A stretch of 64,000 nt of DNA from the NCBI GenBank assembly GCA_951406725.2, contig OX597815.1, positions 144,274,001 through 144,338,000 of the forward strand, in the 5' to 3' direction. The notes beneath the pieces were generated by a model. It had not been told where the DNA came from. It saw nothing but the letters and a program-made list of their open reading frames with translations, and searched no databases. This document shows positions 28,350 to 41,980 of this stretch, one piece after another. The translations under genes were made by a program, and so were the position numbers. Origin of the DNA: Octopus vulgaris (lineage: Eukaryota). Numbering within the stretch: the stretch's first letter is position 1; each line of letters opens with the position of its first letter.

Positions 28350-29900
28350 AACTACTAAGCGTTGATACTGCCCCCCCCCCCCCCACCTTTATTTTTACTT
28401 GCTGAATCTGGAAGAAGAACCTATGATCCATTGCAGGCCCTCTGAGATAGGTGGGACTGATGCTATTAATGTCCCATTTAAAATGTTGCAAATGAACACC
28501 TGCAGGAAAGACATGAGCAGGGAGGAGATTCCAGAGGGATAATGATCCAGGGAATAACAACTAGGCATATGCAAGAAGAGTATTGATGAGGAAGAGAGAC
28601 AAGTGAACTTGGGGGAGGGGGACATGAAGTGGTGGAGATATAAGACTAACCAGCTCCAAGGTATAGAGACCATTATGGTTGCAACAGAAAAGACAGAGAA
28701 AGGAGATAGTATGCCTGTGGGCCAGAGGTAAGAGTATGTCAGTTAGTGATGGAATGCCAGTCACCCAACTGGTTCTTCTCTGGATGTAGTCCAGGATGCT
28801 TGTATGCATAGCCATAGCGCCATTTCAGGCGGGGGAACAGCACTCCATTATGGGCTTTACTTGTGGGCCAACAGAGAAAAAATAGTCTTTGGGATGTAAC
28901 CCTAGTTATGCTAAGGATATGCTTTCACCAGGAGAGGTCCTCAGTAACAGTGAGGCCTAACATCAGGAATGACTACAAGAGTTTTAGCTGAGTGCTTCTT
29001 GTGTTTAGAGAGAGTGTGAAGTCATCAGCATCATCATTTAATGTCTGTTTTCCATGCTGGTATGGGTTGGACAGTTGAACAGAAGCTGGCAAACCAGGGG
29101 ATCACAACAAGCCCCACTGTCTGCTTTGGTATGGTTTCTGCAGCTGGATCTCCTTCCTAACACCAACCACTTTATAAAGTGCACTGAGTATTATTTACAT
29201 GGCACCAGCACCAGTGAGGTTACCAAGTAACTCACAAGACAAGAACTCCTCAACTGAGTGAGTGTTGAATTGAGAGAGGTGGCTATATGCCAGGTGATGA
29301 GATGTTAAAATATGATAGAGAGACTGGTACAGGTGTCTTGTAAGGGAGATACATGGTTACTCCACTTGGAAAAGAAAGAGATGATGGTGGTGAAAACGGT
29401 GTTTTCTTGATATGAAAAGTGCTTGGGGATCTTTTTATTGTTAAAAGAGACAAGGTTGCTCCCACTGGAAGATGCGCTCAAAGTCTCCATTTATGGAATC
29501 AATGCAGGTTTGGTATGTGATGTCTTTGATTGCCTGTGGATGATGCATGGTTAGAGAAGATGAAAGGCGATGTCATCTGCATAAGAGTGAGCGTTGTTGG
29601 ATGTAGCAGCAAATACGTCATTGATGTATTAAAGGGAAGAAGGGACAGAACCCTAAGAAACACTAGAGCTGAATGAGAATGGGGCTGAAAGAGCTCTATC
29701 CACACATGCTGCAATGATGCAATCTAACAGAGTTACCAATCCAAGAGCTGAAAAATGGATGCAGCCTGTAGGAAGTAAGTTTGACAATAGATCTGCATGC
29801 CAGAAGCCCGTTCAATGGCACGAAAGAGTAGGTTTCCAGTCGATCTGTACAAGCCATAGTGGTAGTCACTGAGTTAAAATTTATGAACAATAAATTTATG
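28350..29900 (-). pseudogene. Degraded CR1/Jockey-like LINE reverse transcriptase 3' region, interrupted by a SINE at about 29025-29400
   Basis: Frameshifted RT motifs GVS.GSV and 'LYADD' near 29570-29670. C-terminal motifs ILDYIQRRT.WVTG.PSLT..L.PLAHR and LWNLLPAHVFP...LQHFK. Confidence 0.8.
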
Positions 29901-32228
29901 TCACTACACTCTCGGAGTGGTTGGCGTTAGGAAGGGCATCCAGCTGTAGAAACTCTACCAGATCAAGATTGGAGTCTGGTGCAGCCATCTGGTTCGCCAG
30001 TCCTCAGTCAAATCGTCCAACCCATGCTAGCATGGAAAGCGGACGTTAAACGATGATGATGATGATGAAACTGTTTATACTTCTACAATACAAATTTTTT
30101 AATACAATTCCTAACAATATCTAATTATAAAAATATAATTGGATGTTTTAAACATTGAATGACTATCAGGGTCCAGTAGAGTAAAACGGGAATCAAATTG
30201 GGGCCCAAAAACAAAATATGGTTGAGAACCACTGTTTAAACCATACCAACGAACGGTCACAACAAAACTTAAGAATGACGAAGTGAAAATCAAGGGTAAC
30301 AACTTTTGTAGTCTAATCGTATATAAGAACGACAACTCATGAGGCTATAAGACCAGTAACTCTTCTTTACAAGCTGCCGTACTGACTGATAGGTTACTGC
30401 TGAATAGACAACCACAAGATAGGTTTAAGTCAGTGTAAAGTAAATATGATAACCTACATATTACAACATATAATAGGTTCCACAATTACATAATAATAAC
30501 GTCGCACTCCTTTCAGATTAATTATAATTTAATTACAGAGTTATTACTTTAAAATTTGCTATTTCAAGTTGAAACGGACTGAACAAAACTTCTTGCAGTT
30601 GTTTTCTATGGCCAGATATGACATAACTTGCACTTATTTTCAAGTAAAATAACCTCTAGATGAAAAAGGCATAGTAGAGCCATGTCTGACAGGTTTAAAT
30701 TAACGTTTTTTTCCTTCTACACCTACATTCTTCCCACTCCTCTCTCACCTCATCTTATTCTTTCACCTCTCTTTGACTTTTGCTCACTTTTCCTCCTCGT
30801 TCTATCTAGCTCTCTCTCCTATCACTTCTTGTCCATGTATGAAGTTCCAATGGTTCCTGCACCTATTAGTTGCAGCCAGTTTTTCTTCGAGGATCTAAAT
30901 CTCTGCTGTCTCTCTTTAATTTCTCTCCTGTCAAGTTTTTCCTGAAGAGCTCTGTAACATTGAGTTTTCCACTCCCCATGGCAAGTTCACTGTACTCTTT
31001 TTGTCAATTTTACTAAATCTTAGTTAAACACATCTCTACTATATCTATATTACATTTAATATAACATGGGTCACTTGACAGCTTCATTAGTATCAGGCAA
31101 ATGCCTTATGGTTATTTGTTCAGATTTGTGTTCTCTTGAGTTTAAATCCCACCATCATTCAGGTGTCAATAAAATAAAGTACTAATCAAATTTTAAGGTT
31201 AGTTCCTCTCTGTCTCTCTCTCTTTTAGAAGTGGCTAGGCTACACAATGAGGACATGACAGATAGCCATTTCCACTCTACTGCAGTGAAAGAACATGGTC
31301 TTCAAAGTTCTGGTGGAGTATGGACTTGTGACTTTAAAGATACACAAAATACCCTCTATGTAGTCAATAGAGCTGCTAGAAATAACATCCAAATAGCCTT
31401 CAAATCACACTCACCATCATCATCATCCTTCATCCTTCCACATCTATATGGGTTGGCCAGATCATTATGGTCCAAGTCAGTTCTTATTGAAAGTTACTGC
31501 CCACTTAGACAGGTCAGAGGACCCCTCTTTGTCATATGTTCCATGGCATGGTTTCTATGGCTAGATACCTTTCCTAAACCAACTGCTTTGCTTGGAAGGA
31601 TGTCCTGAGCAAAACTCATATTCCTCCCAATACCACATCTCTCATAAAAATGGAAAGAACACATTAGATATTGTAATCCCAAAACCCTGAAACTAATGGA
31701 TGGTCACAACTGGAATGCTTTTGATCAAAGGACTGTTCAGTCAAGACTGACCTTGGGCTAAATAACAACAACAACAACCTACAATAAAGTAAGCCAACAA
31801 AAAAAAAGCTATTGTATGGTTACTAGATATGTTAATATGCTAGAAATAGCAGTTAGTCTCCTTCAAAATGCATTCTACCGCTAATAAAAAGGGAAGGACA
31901 TGTAAGACAATATAGTTATAGAATATGCATATTTTTTTCTTTGTAGTAGTAGGCTAATTGTAGTCGTAGATGTACAAAAGTTGAGGATGTAATATCTATT
32001 TCTTTACTACCCACAAAGGGCTAAACACAGAGGGGACAAACAAGGACAAACGGATTAAGTCGATTACATCGACCCCAGTGCGCAACTGGTACTTAATTTA
32101 TTGACCCCGAAAGGATGACAGGCAAAGTCGACCTCGGTGGAATTTTTGAGGATGTAATAGCTTTAACTTTACATCTGCAACTAAAAGAAAATCTGTGGGG
32201 ATGTCATATAGGAAGAGAGAGAACTCAC

Positions 32229-32427
32229 CGGTCACTGACGTTGATGGTTGAACTGTTTCTTCATCTGAGTCACTCGATGACCCATGGTCACTACTTGGAA
32301 AGATAGCCATTGCTGCAGCTGAAGCTACAGATTTCTTCTCATGCACCAAAAGTGTTCGCATGATGTCATCACTGCATTCCATAGATTCTGCTTTGGATGT
32401 GCTTGGCTTGTGCATCACTTCAGCTGG
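32229..32427 (-). CDS. GTF2E1: GTF2E1 coding exon 3
   Basis: Acceptor gttttcag at 32428. Reads PAEVMHKP...DDIMRTLLVHEKK (conserved 'M..LL.HEKK' motif) followed by a Ser/Asp-rich tract. Donor G|GTGAGT, phase 1. Confidence 0.93.
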
Positions 32428-34201
32428 CTGAAAACAACACAGAAAACAAGATATTCAAAATATTTAACAACACTTCAAAAGAAAAAGGAGTGAGAAAGAG
32501 AGAGAAGGAGAGAGGTAGTGCTTTTCTGTTCTATAAGAATTTCTTTTCATGGATTTCTGAGGAGAGACTAGAACAAGCTTACCAATAATAACAGTATCAA
32601 AGTTTGGCACAAGGCCAACAAGTTTGGGGGAGGGATAAGTCAATTACATCGACCCCAATGTTCAACTGGTACTTATTTTATCGACCTTGAAAGAATGAAA
32701 GGCAAAGACGACCTCAGCGGAATTTGAACTCAGAGCGAAAAGATGGACGAAATGCTGCTAAGCATTTTGCCTGGTGTGTTAACAATTCTGCTAGCTTGCT
32801 GCCTTAAGCTTCATCATCATCATCATCATCGTCATCGTCATTTAACGTCCACTTTCCATGCTGGCATGGGTTGGACAGTTTGACTGAGGACTGGCAAGGT
32901 TTCTACAGCTGGATGCCCTTCCTAACGCCAACCACTCCAAAGTGTAGTGGGTGCTTTTTACATGCCACTGGCATGAGGGCTAGTCAGGCAGTACTAGCAT
33001 CAACCACGCTTAAATGATGCTTTTTACATGCCACCTGCACAGGAGCCAGTCATACAACACTGGCAACGACCACACTCGAATGGTGCTTTTTACATGTCAC
33101 CAGCACGGGAGCCAGTCAGGTGGCACTAGCAATGACCACGCTCAAATGGTGCTTTTTACATGCTACCGGCATGAGGGCCAGTCAGGTGGTACTGGCATTG
33201 GCCATAACAATGACTTCACTTGACTCAACAGGTCTTCGCAAACACAGTTTATTGCCCAATGGTTGAAGAGTACTATTAAATGGGCCGATTATGCTGCACT
33301 GGATAGGCCACAGTTACAGTCTCACTTGGCTTGCCGGGTCTTCTCAAGCACAGCATATCTCCAAAGGTTTCAGTTGTTCATCATTGCCTCTGTGAGGCCC
33401 ATGTTCAAAGGCTACTAACCACATGGTCAGAAGTTCAAATTTTAGTATTGTCAATGCGTAAGGCACCTATCTACTTGCTTCTGTTTGCCTGATTGTCTGA
33501 AAAGCTAATTTCTTCTCAAAACATACAAAACTCTACTTGAAACATTAGAATTTGTGTCACCACTGTAACATTTGAGGGTTTTATTTAAAGAAACAGATTT
33601 TACTCTGACTTCTGAATTGAATGCTTTGTAGTAGGAAAATACATACATCCAGCTATAAAACCAATTGCCTCTACAAATAAATCATCTTACCAATGCAAAC
33701 ATGGAAAAACAGATATAAAGTAGTAAACCATGACAGTCTGGAAGATGGACATTAAATGATGATGGCGATGATTATATTATGTGTGTGTGTGAATGTATGT
33801 ATAAATATGTGATAGGTATGGCTGTGTGGTTAAGCTTGCTTCCCAACCAAATGGTTTCAAATTCAGATCCACTGTGTAGAACCTTGGGCAAGTATCTACT
33901 ATTACAGCCCCAGCTCAACCAAAGCTTTGTGAGATTTGGTAGATGGAAACAGAAAGAAGCCTGATGTGTATGTGTGTCTATGTGTTCCTTGTCTTGAAAC
34001 CATACGATGCTTGTAAATCATCATCAAACAAGCAATCCAGTCTTCTATGATAAACATGTCTGACAATGGGGAAATATGTAAGGGTTGGTAGCAGGAAGGC
34101 CATCCTGCCATAGAATATCTGCCTCAATATAATTCCATTTGACCCATGCAAACATGGAAAAGTGGACATTATGATGATGATGATGTGTGTGTGTGTATAT
34201 G

Positions 34202-34242
<41 letters not shown>

Positions 34243-34779
34243 TCATTTAGCATCTGCTTTCCATGCTCACATGGGTTAGACGGTTTGACTGGAACTGGTA
34301 AGCTGGAGAGCTGTACCAGGTTCCAGTCTGAATTTGGCTTGGTTTCTATGGCGGGATCCCTTTCCTAATGCCAACCTCTCCAAGAGTGGAGTGAGAGCCT
34401 TTTACATGTCACCAGCACAGGTGCTTTTACACGTCATGGCACCAGTCATGACAATGATTTCACTTGGCTTGATGAGTCTTCTCAAGCACAGCAAACTGCC
34501 AAAAGCCTCAATCACTTACGATTGCTTCTGTGGGACCCAACATTCAAAGATCATGCTTCACATCAGCAGCAGTCACTCAGCTCCAAATGGATACATGCTT
34601 TATCAACAGACAAATGAAAATCAAATATTTCAACTTTTGCTGCATCTTTTGTTACCCAAAAGATTACAAGTCTAACAACAGGAAGAACATGAAACCAGTT
34701 GTAGAAACAACTGTTCCAGCAAACAATAGATCCTTCTATACACAGAAGTTGAAAACAAGAAGAACTCCCTAACTCTTAC

Positions 34780-34984
34780 CTTGCCAATAACAGCTGTTGG
34801 TTTCTCAATTGTACTCTCTTTCATCCAGACTGGTTGTTCTTTCGCAGGTTTGTTATCTCGCTGGTTTGTTTCCTCTGACACTGTGATCGTCACTGTATTC
34901 TCTTCATAACCATAGCTGATGTTTTTGGTTGCTTCACCACTCCATACCGATTTACTATCATATTTGGGATTATTACTTTGGGAT
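34780..34984 (-). CDS. GTF2E1: GTF2E1 coding exon 2
   Basis: Acceptor ttccag at 34985 completes the codon AA|A. Reads SQSNNPKYDSKSVWSGEATKNISYGYEENTVTITV...KEQPVWMKESTI, resembling the conserved W...T..Y and KE.P.W..EST motifs. Donor AAG|GTAAGA, phase 0. Confidence 0.93.
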
Positions 34985-35769
34985 CTGGAAAGGAAGTGGA
35001 CAAAAACAGTTAAACGAATGCAGATGGTACTTAGTCTGATACTGTTCTTTATCATCATTATATTTTTTTAATTTTCAAACAGATTATTCAGAGGAGGCAG
35101 AGTAACACCTATGAGTGGTTAGTCTACATTACAACTAGAGGAGCAGAGGGCTGGTTTCCTGGTTTCTCTGGCATGTATATTACTCCCTGAATGGGACGTC
35201 AGTCCACTACAAGATCACTCATTTTAAACAGTTGAGTGGACTGAGCTAATATGAAATGAAGTGCTTTGCACAAGAACACAAAGCATCACCCAGTCCAAAA
35301 ATCAAATCGAAAATCTTATTATCATGAACACAACCCCACTAACCACTAAGCCATTGTACTTCCACACCCATAAAACATGATCTGAATACTTGCAAGAGTG
35401 GACTCTGCTACAAGCACCCAAGGTCAGGTGGTGGCATTAAACAGGACACCAGGTCAAGTATAATACACAAAAACTGGAACACTCCTTCTGTCCAACATCT
35501 ACAGGTTCCATTTACCAAATTTCTTTCAAAAGGCTTTGAATAACTCAAAGACATTTACTAAATATGTAGCCAGTGGGATCAAATCCCAGAGTATAATGTG
35601 TAAAACAAATTTCGTAACCCCACAACCATGTCAGAATAAACACATACACTTAACATCAGCATTGATGTATCATTAGATTTTTCCATGCAAGAATAATTAG
35701 ACATGCTTGCAGTACAGTGAATCACCATTCATCTTGGACCATTATCATCTTATCTATAAACAAAATATC

Positions 35770-36000
35770 TTAAACCTTTTAGCATTCAAATTATTCTGTT
35801 ATATGTAATACTTATTTATTCACATTGCTTTGAATTCATTGTGCATTATATCCTAGCTTTGAGAGTTTGATGATGTGATGGTTTATTTTTAGAATGACAT
35901 TGTAAGGTAGGTATGGGAGGCCAGATTGGATTGGTTTGCACATAAAACAGATGGAATATTTTGGTCAGATATGGTCAGTTTAAAATGCTAAAGGGTTTTT
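35770..36000. mobile_element. piggyBac-like MITE family (representative copy)
   Basis: Termini resemble TTAA-CCCTTTAGCAT...ATGCTAAAGGG-TTAA, about 230 bp. Other copies at about 26756-26975, 37845-38350 (interrupted), 20750-20896 (partial) and 62005-62640 (reverse, split by a SINE). Confidence 0.7.
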
Positions 36001-37910
36001 AAGATCTCATATTACAGTGTCCCATTCTTCCAAGACAACTACTTCCACTCTACTGCAATGTAATAATGTGGTTGCTGAGGCTCTGGAAGAGTATGACACA
36101 GGACCAAGTTATGATACAAGTTAAACAGATAGTGCTGGAAAGGTATCCATAGGACACTCTCTACCAACTGTACGCAACACTTTTCCCTTAAATGAATAGA
36201 GACATTACATGGTTTAATACTACATCTTTATGAGTGGGTGTCTGTATCCAAGTCCTCTCTGTTGTATTTAGACCAGACTCTGTTGGATGTTGACATGAGT
36301 TCACAGCATACCAACACCCTTTACACTTTTTAACATCCACATATCACTTCTTGCTAACAGGCAAATCACATATCCAGTTCCTTCTCCAAGACATAAATCT
36401 CTCAACAGTGAAATATATCAGACTATGGAGCCTATATACAGCCAGATGGAATGGACTGTCAATGGTTACATGTCTTGACTATGTACTTGTTACAGCAATG
36501 ATGAAGCATTGTATGAACTATTAATACTTCAGATTCGTTGTCTGAAACTGAACTGCCTCACATAGTCACCACTCTCTGCACACACACATAAAAATATAAA
36601 TTATTTCAGTACCCATGTCTGTGTGGGGGCCAGCATGCCATAGAATAGGCCCAACATTTATTCTGCTTGCCATAAAAGGCAACTAAAAGTGGCTGAGGTA
36701 GGATTTGCACACCAACCTTGTAAACCATCACCAGTAACTATTGCTCAAAACAGGGTTGTTGCCTGAGTGATGCAAATGCGTCATCTGGCAGGACTAGTAG
36801 GGAATCACCAACAAATGGTAGATGCAGCAACATGCTGTTATAGCATATGCCCCCACACTACTATTACTAGTCACATGAGAGTAGGGATCTATACTTGGCA
36901 AGTTTTGCTTCAGTTGGTAGATCATGGCAAGGTAACATTGCAGTGTCCTCTCCCAGATGCAGACCTGAGTAAGGTTGCATGTAAAAGCAGCAGTTGACTA
37001 TGCAGCAAGTCTCTCCTCTTCATTTTACCAAAAGGCCAATACAACTTTGCACTAGTAACATTGCAGGAGATACCAGGACAAAGTTGAAGACAATTTCAGA
37101 CTGCTTTAGGGACTCCAGCTCCTGTTATATTACCAATTAAATTGAACCTTGAAAGAAGGAAGATAAACTGATCGAAGATTTGAATGCAGAATATAAAGAA
37201 TGAAACAATGCTCTAGTAATTTTGTCAACGACAATATCTAAATATATATATATAATCATCGTTTTAACAACCACTTGCCCACGGTGACACGCAGTGGGAT
37301 TGAACCCAAAACGTCTTAACCACACAGCCATAAATGTATATATATGAATACTTAAAAATACATACTTATATACACATGCACGCACTAACATCGGACTACA
37401 GTCAACAGTATTTATCACTGGCTTATAAACCCTAAGTGGAATTCTCGTTTGATGTCATTTTAGATGAACAGAAGCAAATCCAAGATAGACAACCAATACT
37501 CAATATCATGAGTTACCTCCCTTACCTACATTCTTGCCAACGAACTTTCCTATAATCAATAAACGTGTTATTTTCTCGCGTAAACTATGATTTTCAGTGA
37601 AATCGTTCTTCACTCAAAACAAAATATCTTTCTATAGTGATTATATTACTATATTTCAATTCTCATTCCAGATCTAAGACGATTAGTATTACGCTTTTTA
37701 ATCAAAGAAATATTAAGAGTACTTCTAAAAAACTATTTGCAAGTCAAAGTAGTTAAGACAGTTCCCACCTCTCGCAAGAAAATACTTTTACCCAATAAGT
37801 CTCCATCCAACAATATCCTAGTGTCTCCCATCACAGGCCGATATTAACCCTTTAAGATTATTCTGTCAAATACAATGCTTACTTATTCACATTGCCTTGA
37901 ATAAATCATG

Positions 37911-38231
37911 GGCAAGACTTCCGCCCGTCCTCCTCCCACTCAAAAAACCACCCGTTTCTTTAAATTTTTTTTTCCGAAACAAACCCCACTTTTCGGCTAC
38001 GGGGAATACGAATCTGCAAAAAAATTTGGCAAAAATCGATTAGGGTGTTAGGGTTAGGGTTAGTGTTGGGGAAAAAAGTCAAAATTGAAGAATTGGGGGG
38101 AAGGGGGAGAAATTTTACAATGCCGATTTTTGGCAATTTTCCAGAACCTCCGTATCCAAAAACGAGGGGCTTTGGCAAAAAAAAATTTTTTAATAAACAA
38201 ATTTAAGAGAAAGTGGGAGCGAAGTCTTTCC
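37911..38231. mobile_element. MITE with GG..CC termini, 8-bp TSD and internal TTAGGG repeats (Merlin/MULE-like)
   Basis: TIRs GGCAAGACTTC / GAAGTCTTTCC. TSD AAATCATG at 37903-37910 and 38232-38239. Splits an older piggyBac-like MITE. Confidence 0.8.
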
Positions 38232-38411
38232 AAATCATGCATCATCATGTAGCTTCCATATATTGATGATGCAATTGTTTATATTTAAAATGACATTGTA
38301 GGATAGGTGTGAGAAGCCGGATCCAGCCAATTTAAATGTTACATGGACAAATACTTTAAATCCCACCCCACCCACTGGAGGCAGAAAAAGAGGAGAGAAA
38401 GATTTACATAC

Positions 38412-39058
38412 TTTTGTGTAATTGATTTCATATCAACAGGTTCTGGTTCAAGAATCTCCGGTGCCAACCGCACATCCTCACATTCTTTCAGCAAGTCATA
38501 TATTGGTTGGATCTGTTCATTGAACTTTGCTAACATTGTCCGTGCATCCTGTTTTGGTATTGCACTCTCATCTTCCTCCACCTCTACCTGACAAATCATA
38601 CACACTAATAAACCGGTGTAAGGGTCTAATAACTGGCCGGCCTCCAGGTCAGTGTAGGTCTTCTCACACTGTGTACATTTGAAGGATGACCGACTTGTGC
38701 TCTGACGCTCAGCTGCCTCAATCTTTCGATAGACGTGATCCAATTTATATTTGACAACATTGACAAAAACTTTATAGTTGATGAAATAGTAGTTGTGCCG
38801 AGTGGTGTGACCCTCAGCATCAGTCTCAACCCTCATGCGCACTTTCACAATTTTATCCATTTTCAGAGTATTCAGCATAGAACGTAACTGTTTGCGCTCA
38901 AACTTCAACAAATCAATAATGTCATCTTCCTTCATACAAGGATGTCGCACTAAAAGATCTAAAATAATGGCGTGTTCAATACTGTAGAACCCTCGTACTA
39001 TGAGGCGGACCAATCTTTTCAAGGATTCTGGTACCTCATGCAGTAATTCCACTTCCAT
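38412..39058 (-). CDS. GTF2E1: General transcription factor IIE subunit 1 (TFIIE alpha), coding exon 1: winged-helix domain and zinc ribbon
   Basis: [46 protein letters not shown]...[20 protein letters not shown]...FKCTQC...[11 protein letters not shown]...[15 protein letters not shown] closely matches the TFIIE alpha N-terminus, including the CxxC/CxxC zinc ribbon. Donor AA|GTATGT at 38411 (phase 2). Probable acceptor ttttttgcaag at 39080-39081, so the exon starts at 39079. Confidence 0.97.
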
Positions 39059-41639
39059 GTCTCAGCAAATGGTGAAATACTTGCAAAAAAGAAAATGAAA
39101 AACACAGATATAAGTAAAATTGATAAAAATCAAAACATCACTTACATTAGAAACATAATCAATACAGTCATTGGTCATCCAAACATCAACAAAAGACTAC
39201 CAAGGTAGTCACATGATCAATTAATTGTAAGTCTAATTCCCAATCATTTAAAAGACAAATCAAATGTCTTACAAGAGAATATCAACTAGTAAAGGGGGAA
39301 GAGTCAGAGGAGGAAGGACAGTGCCTGTGACCTTTTCTTGGACCTCTGAGACCAGTGAAAGGAAGTTATCCTCAGATCAGAAGCCTGAACAGATGATGGC
39401 ATCAAAGCAGGCAACTGAATAAATCTACCACTTAAAAAATAAGAGCAGTCTCTTTGACAGGCTTCCTTATAGTTTTCATCAACCCAGTTTTACTTCAAGG
39501 CTGTTGTTGAAGACATTTGCTCAGGATGCTGCGCAGTAGGATAAAATCCTAAACCAGATAGCTGCAAAGCAAACTTGTTAAATCCCACAGTAGTAAGTCT
39601 AATTTATTTATATCAACTAATTAGTTGTGTAAAACCTGGGTGAGAGGACTGACAAGTAAGACCACATATAAGGGTAGGATAAGTAGATTCAGGAATATCA
39701 GTAGTCTGATCAGTAATAAGATTCCGTCTTCAGCCTATTTCTCTTCACCACACAAGAACTCATGACAGGCTGCTGATTAGAAGTGCTGAATGACAAGCAA
39801 AAATGAATCAAAGATGTATAAATAAAACTTAAGTGGGCTTCACAAACGATATGAAGGTAAACATGACTTTTTGTTTACATGGTTAAATTTGAATATACAA
39901 ACTGGATGATTAAATTTATGAAAGACAGGGTGAGAACCATAACATTAGCTATCTCCCATATACAAGAGTCTCCATAAATTAAATGCCTTAAACTATTTAT
40001 GTCTCAGTAGAAAAAGAATATATAAGTTATGTTACCTAAATGACACAATGCTACAATTGGTATGAATGATAGTATAATGACTAAAGAATCAGGAAGTTAC
40101 AAATAAGGGTGAATTAGTATAGAAGGAGAACTATACTTCCATTGCCGCTAACCACCCAACCCATGGTTAAGTAGCATTTTACATTTTCTCTGTTGTTTTA
40201 AAATGTTGCTATGGCTTGACAAGGTCTATCATACAGTATTTTGAAAATTGTCACAATCTTATTTTCTCATCTATTAGGTCATCATCATCGTTTAACGTCC
40301 GTTTTCCATGCTAGCATGGGTTGGACGGTTCAACTGGGGTCTGGGAAGCCAGAAGGCTGCGCCAGGCCCAGTCTGATCTGGCAAGGCTTCTACAGCTGGA
40401 TGCCCTTCCTAATGCCAACCACTCCGTGAGTGTAGTGGGTGCTTTTTACATGCCACCTGCACAGGTGCCAGACAAGGCTGGCAAACGGCCACGATCAGAT
40501 GGTGCTTTTTACGTGTCACCGGTACGGGGGCCGACGAGGCTGGCAACGGCCACAATCGGATGGTGCTTTTTACGTCAGCAAATTAAAATCTGACCTCATC
40601 AGATTCTATTCCCCGAATACCTCCCACTGTCAGTACACAACAATAACAATACCATTTTTGACTATTACAGTTTTGATTTTGTTAGTAGTTATTGTCTTTC
40701 CCAGTTTACAAACTTCCTCTTGAATTTATTATTTACATCATTTGGCGTTAGGAAGGGCATCCAGCTGTAGAAACACTGCCAGATCTGACTGGCCTGGTGC
40801 AGCCTTCGAGCTTGCCAGACCCCAGTTGAACCGTCCAACCCATGCTAGCATGGAAAGCGGACGTTAAACGATGATGATGATGATGATGATCAATAAACAA
40901 TATGGAAAATAATTCTTTTTTTGGAAGATAAAGCTATAAATAATTTCAAATTTTGGCACAAGGTCAGCAATTTCAGGGAAGAGTTAAAGTCAATTATAAG
41001 AACCCAAGCATTTAACTGGTACTTATTTTATCGATCTTGAAAGGAAAAAAAAGCAAAGTCAACCTCAGCAGAATTTGAACTCAGAGTGTAAGTAACTGAA
41101 AGAAATGCTGCTAAGCAATTCTGCCAGCTTGCTGCCTTAATAAAAGCTATAAATAACAGCATATAACTATTATATTAAAAAAAACCCACTGCATGGAAAA
41201 AGTTCAAGGCTGCCCATAGGATGGAAGGATTCAAGTTTCCAAAATTGATGTAAAAATTCAAAGGACTGCTATAGTCCAATGTTATAATGCTTGTTTTTTT
41301 AATCGTTTAATTGTAGGTTTGTATCCCAGAAGTAACCTTCAACATATTCTATTTAAATGGGTTTCTAACCCAATATTTACACACTATTATTTATAGCTTA
41401 ATCTGCTTCGAGACCTACCAATCCAAAAAAGAATTCCTTCACATTCTCTTGAAGTTTATAAATTCTTATGACATCAACATTATGGAAAGTATTTTTTCAA
41501 TCAATCACAGGCTTATTCTTGAAATTTTATCAGTCCCGTAAATTTTTTTAGAGAAAATGAAGAAAAATAGCATATTTTAAAATAATGTTTTGTTGGGATT
41601 TTTCCCAACTAATATATTGTGGGATGTATAAAAAAAAAT

Positions 41640-41980
41640 CATTATACCAGTTGCATTCCCTTGAATTATAACTTTTGAAACTCAATAGCAAAGAAACAAA
41701 AGTTCCTGCACATCATCCACTGCTTCAATGAGTTGTTTGCAGAGTTTATGAATTGTTACATGTGGTTGTGCTATAAGTTCCCATGATATGGGAGTGATTT
41801 GGGTTGAAACTCAGTGCATCACTATTTGGTTGTATTTTTGCATTGCTTAGCATGGCAGCTTTGATGCATCAAATAGTGAAGGTATGATTGCACAAATGTA
41901 TCCACTCCAGTGGTATCCCATGAGACACCAGTCCTCATCTCCAAGTTAAATCATTTGGACGTTTCCCATCTGACCAATAA
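41640..41980 (-). pseudogene. Old CRE-clade restriction-like endonuclease relic
   Basis: Frameshifted remnants DGKRPNDLTW...WDTTGVDTFVQSYL and KLCKQLIEAVDD...IIQGNATGIM. Confidence 0.6.

Noticed and set aside
31229-31608. Strong plus-strand acceptor followed by a 125-aa ORF, as a possible second exon of the nested gene
   Set aside because: The phase-0 reading hits a stop after 9 codons, and similar sequence recurs near 36040, indicating a repeat.
32950-33215. Regularly spaced repeats resembling a CRISPR array
   Set aside because: Eukaryotic DNA; the 'spacers' are homologous to each other, and the unit is internal to a SINE.
38339-38411. C-terminal extension of the 239-aa ORF (YVNLSLLFF...)
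   Set aside because: Intron read-through past the GTATGT donor. TFIIE homology continues in the next exon.
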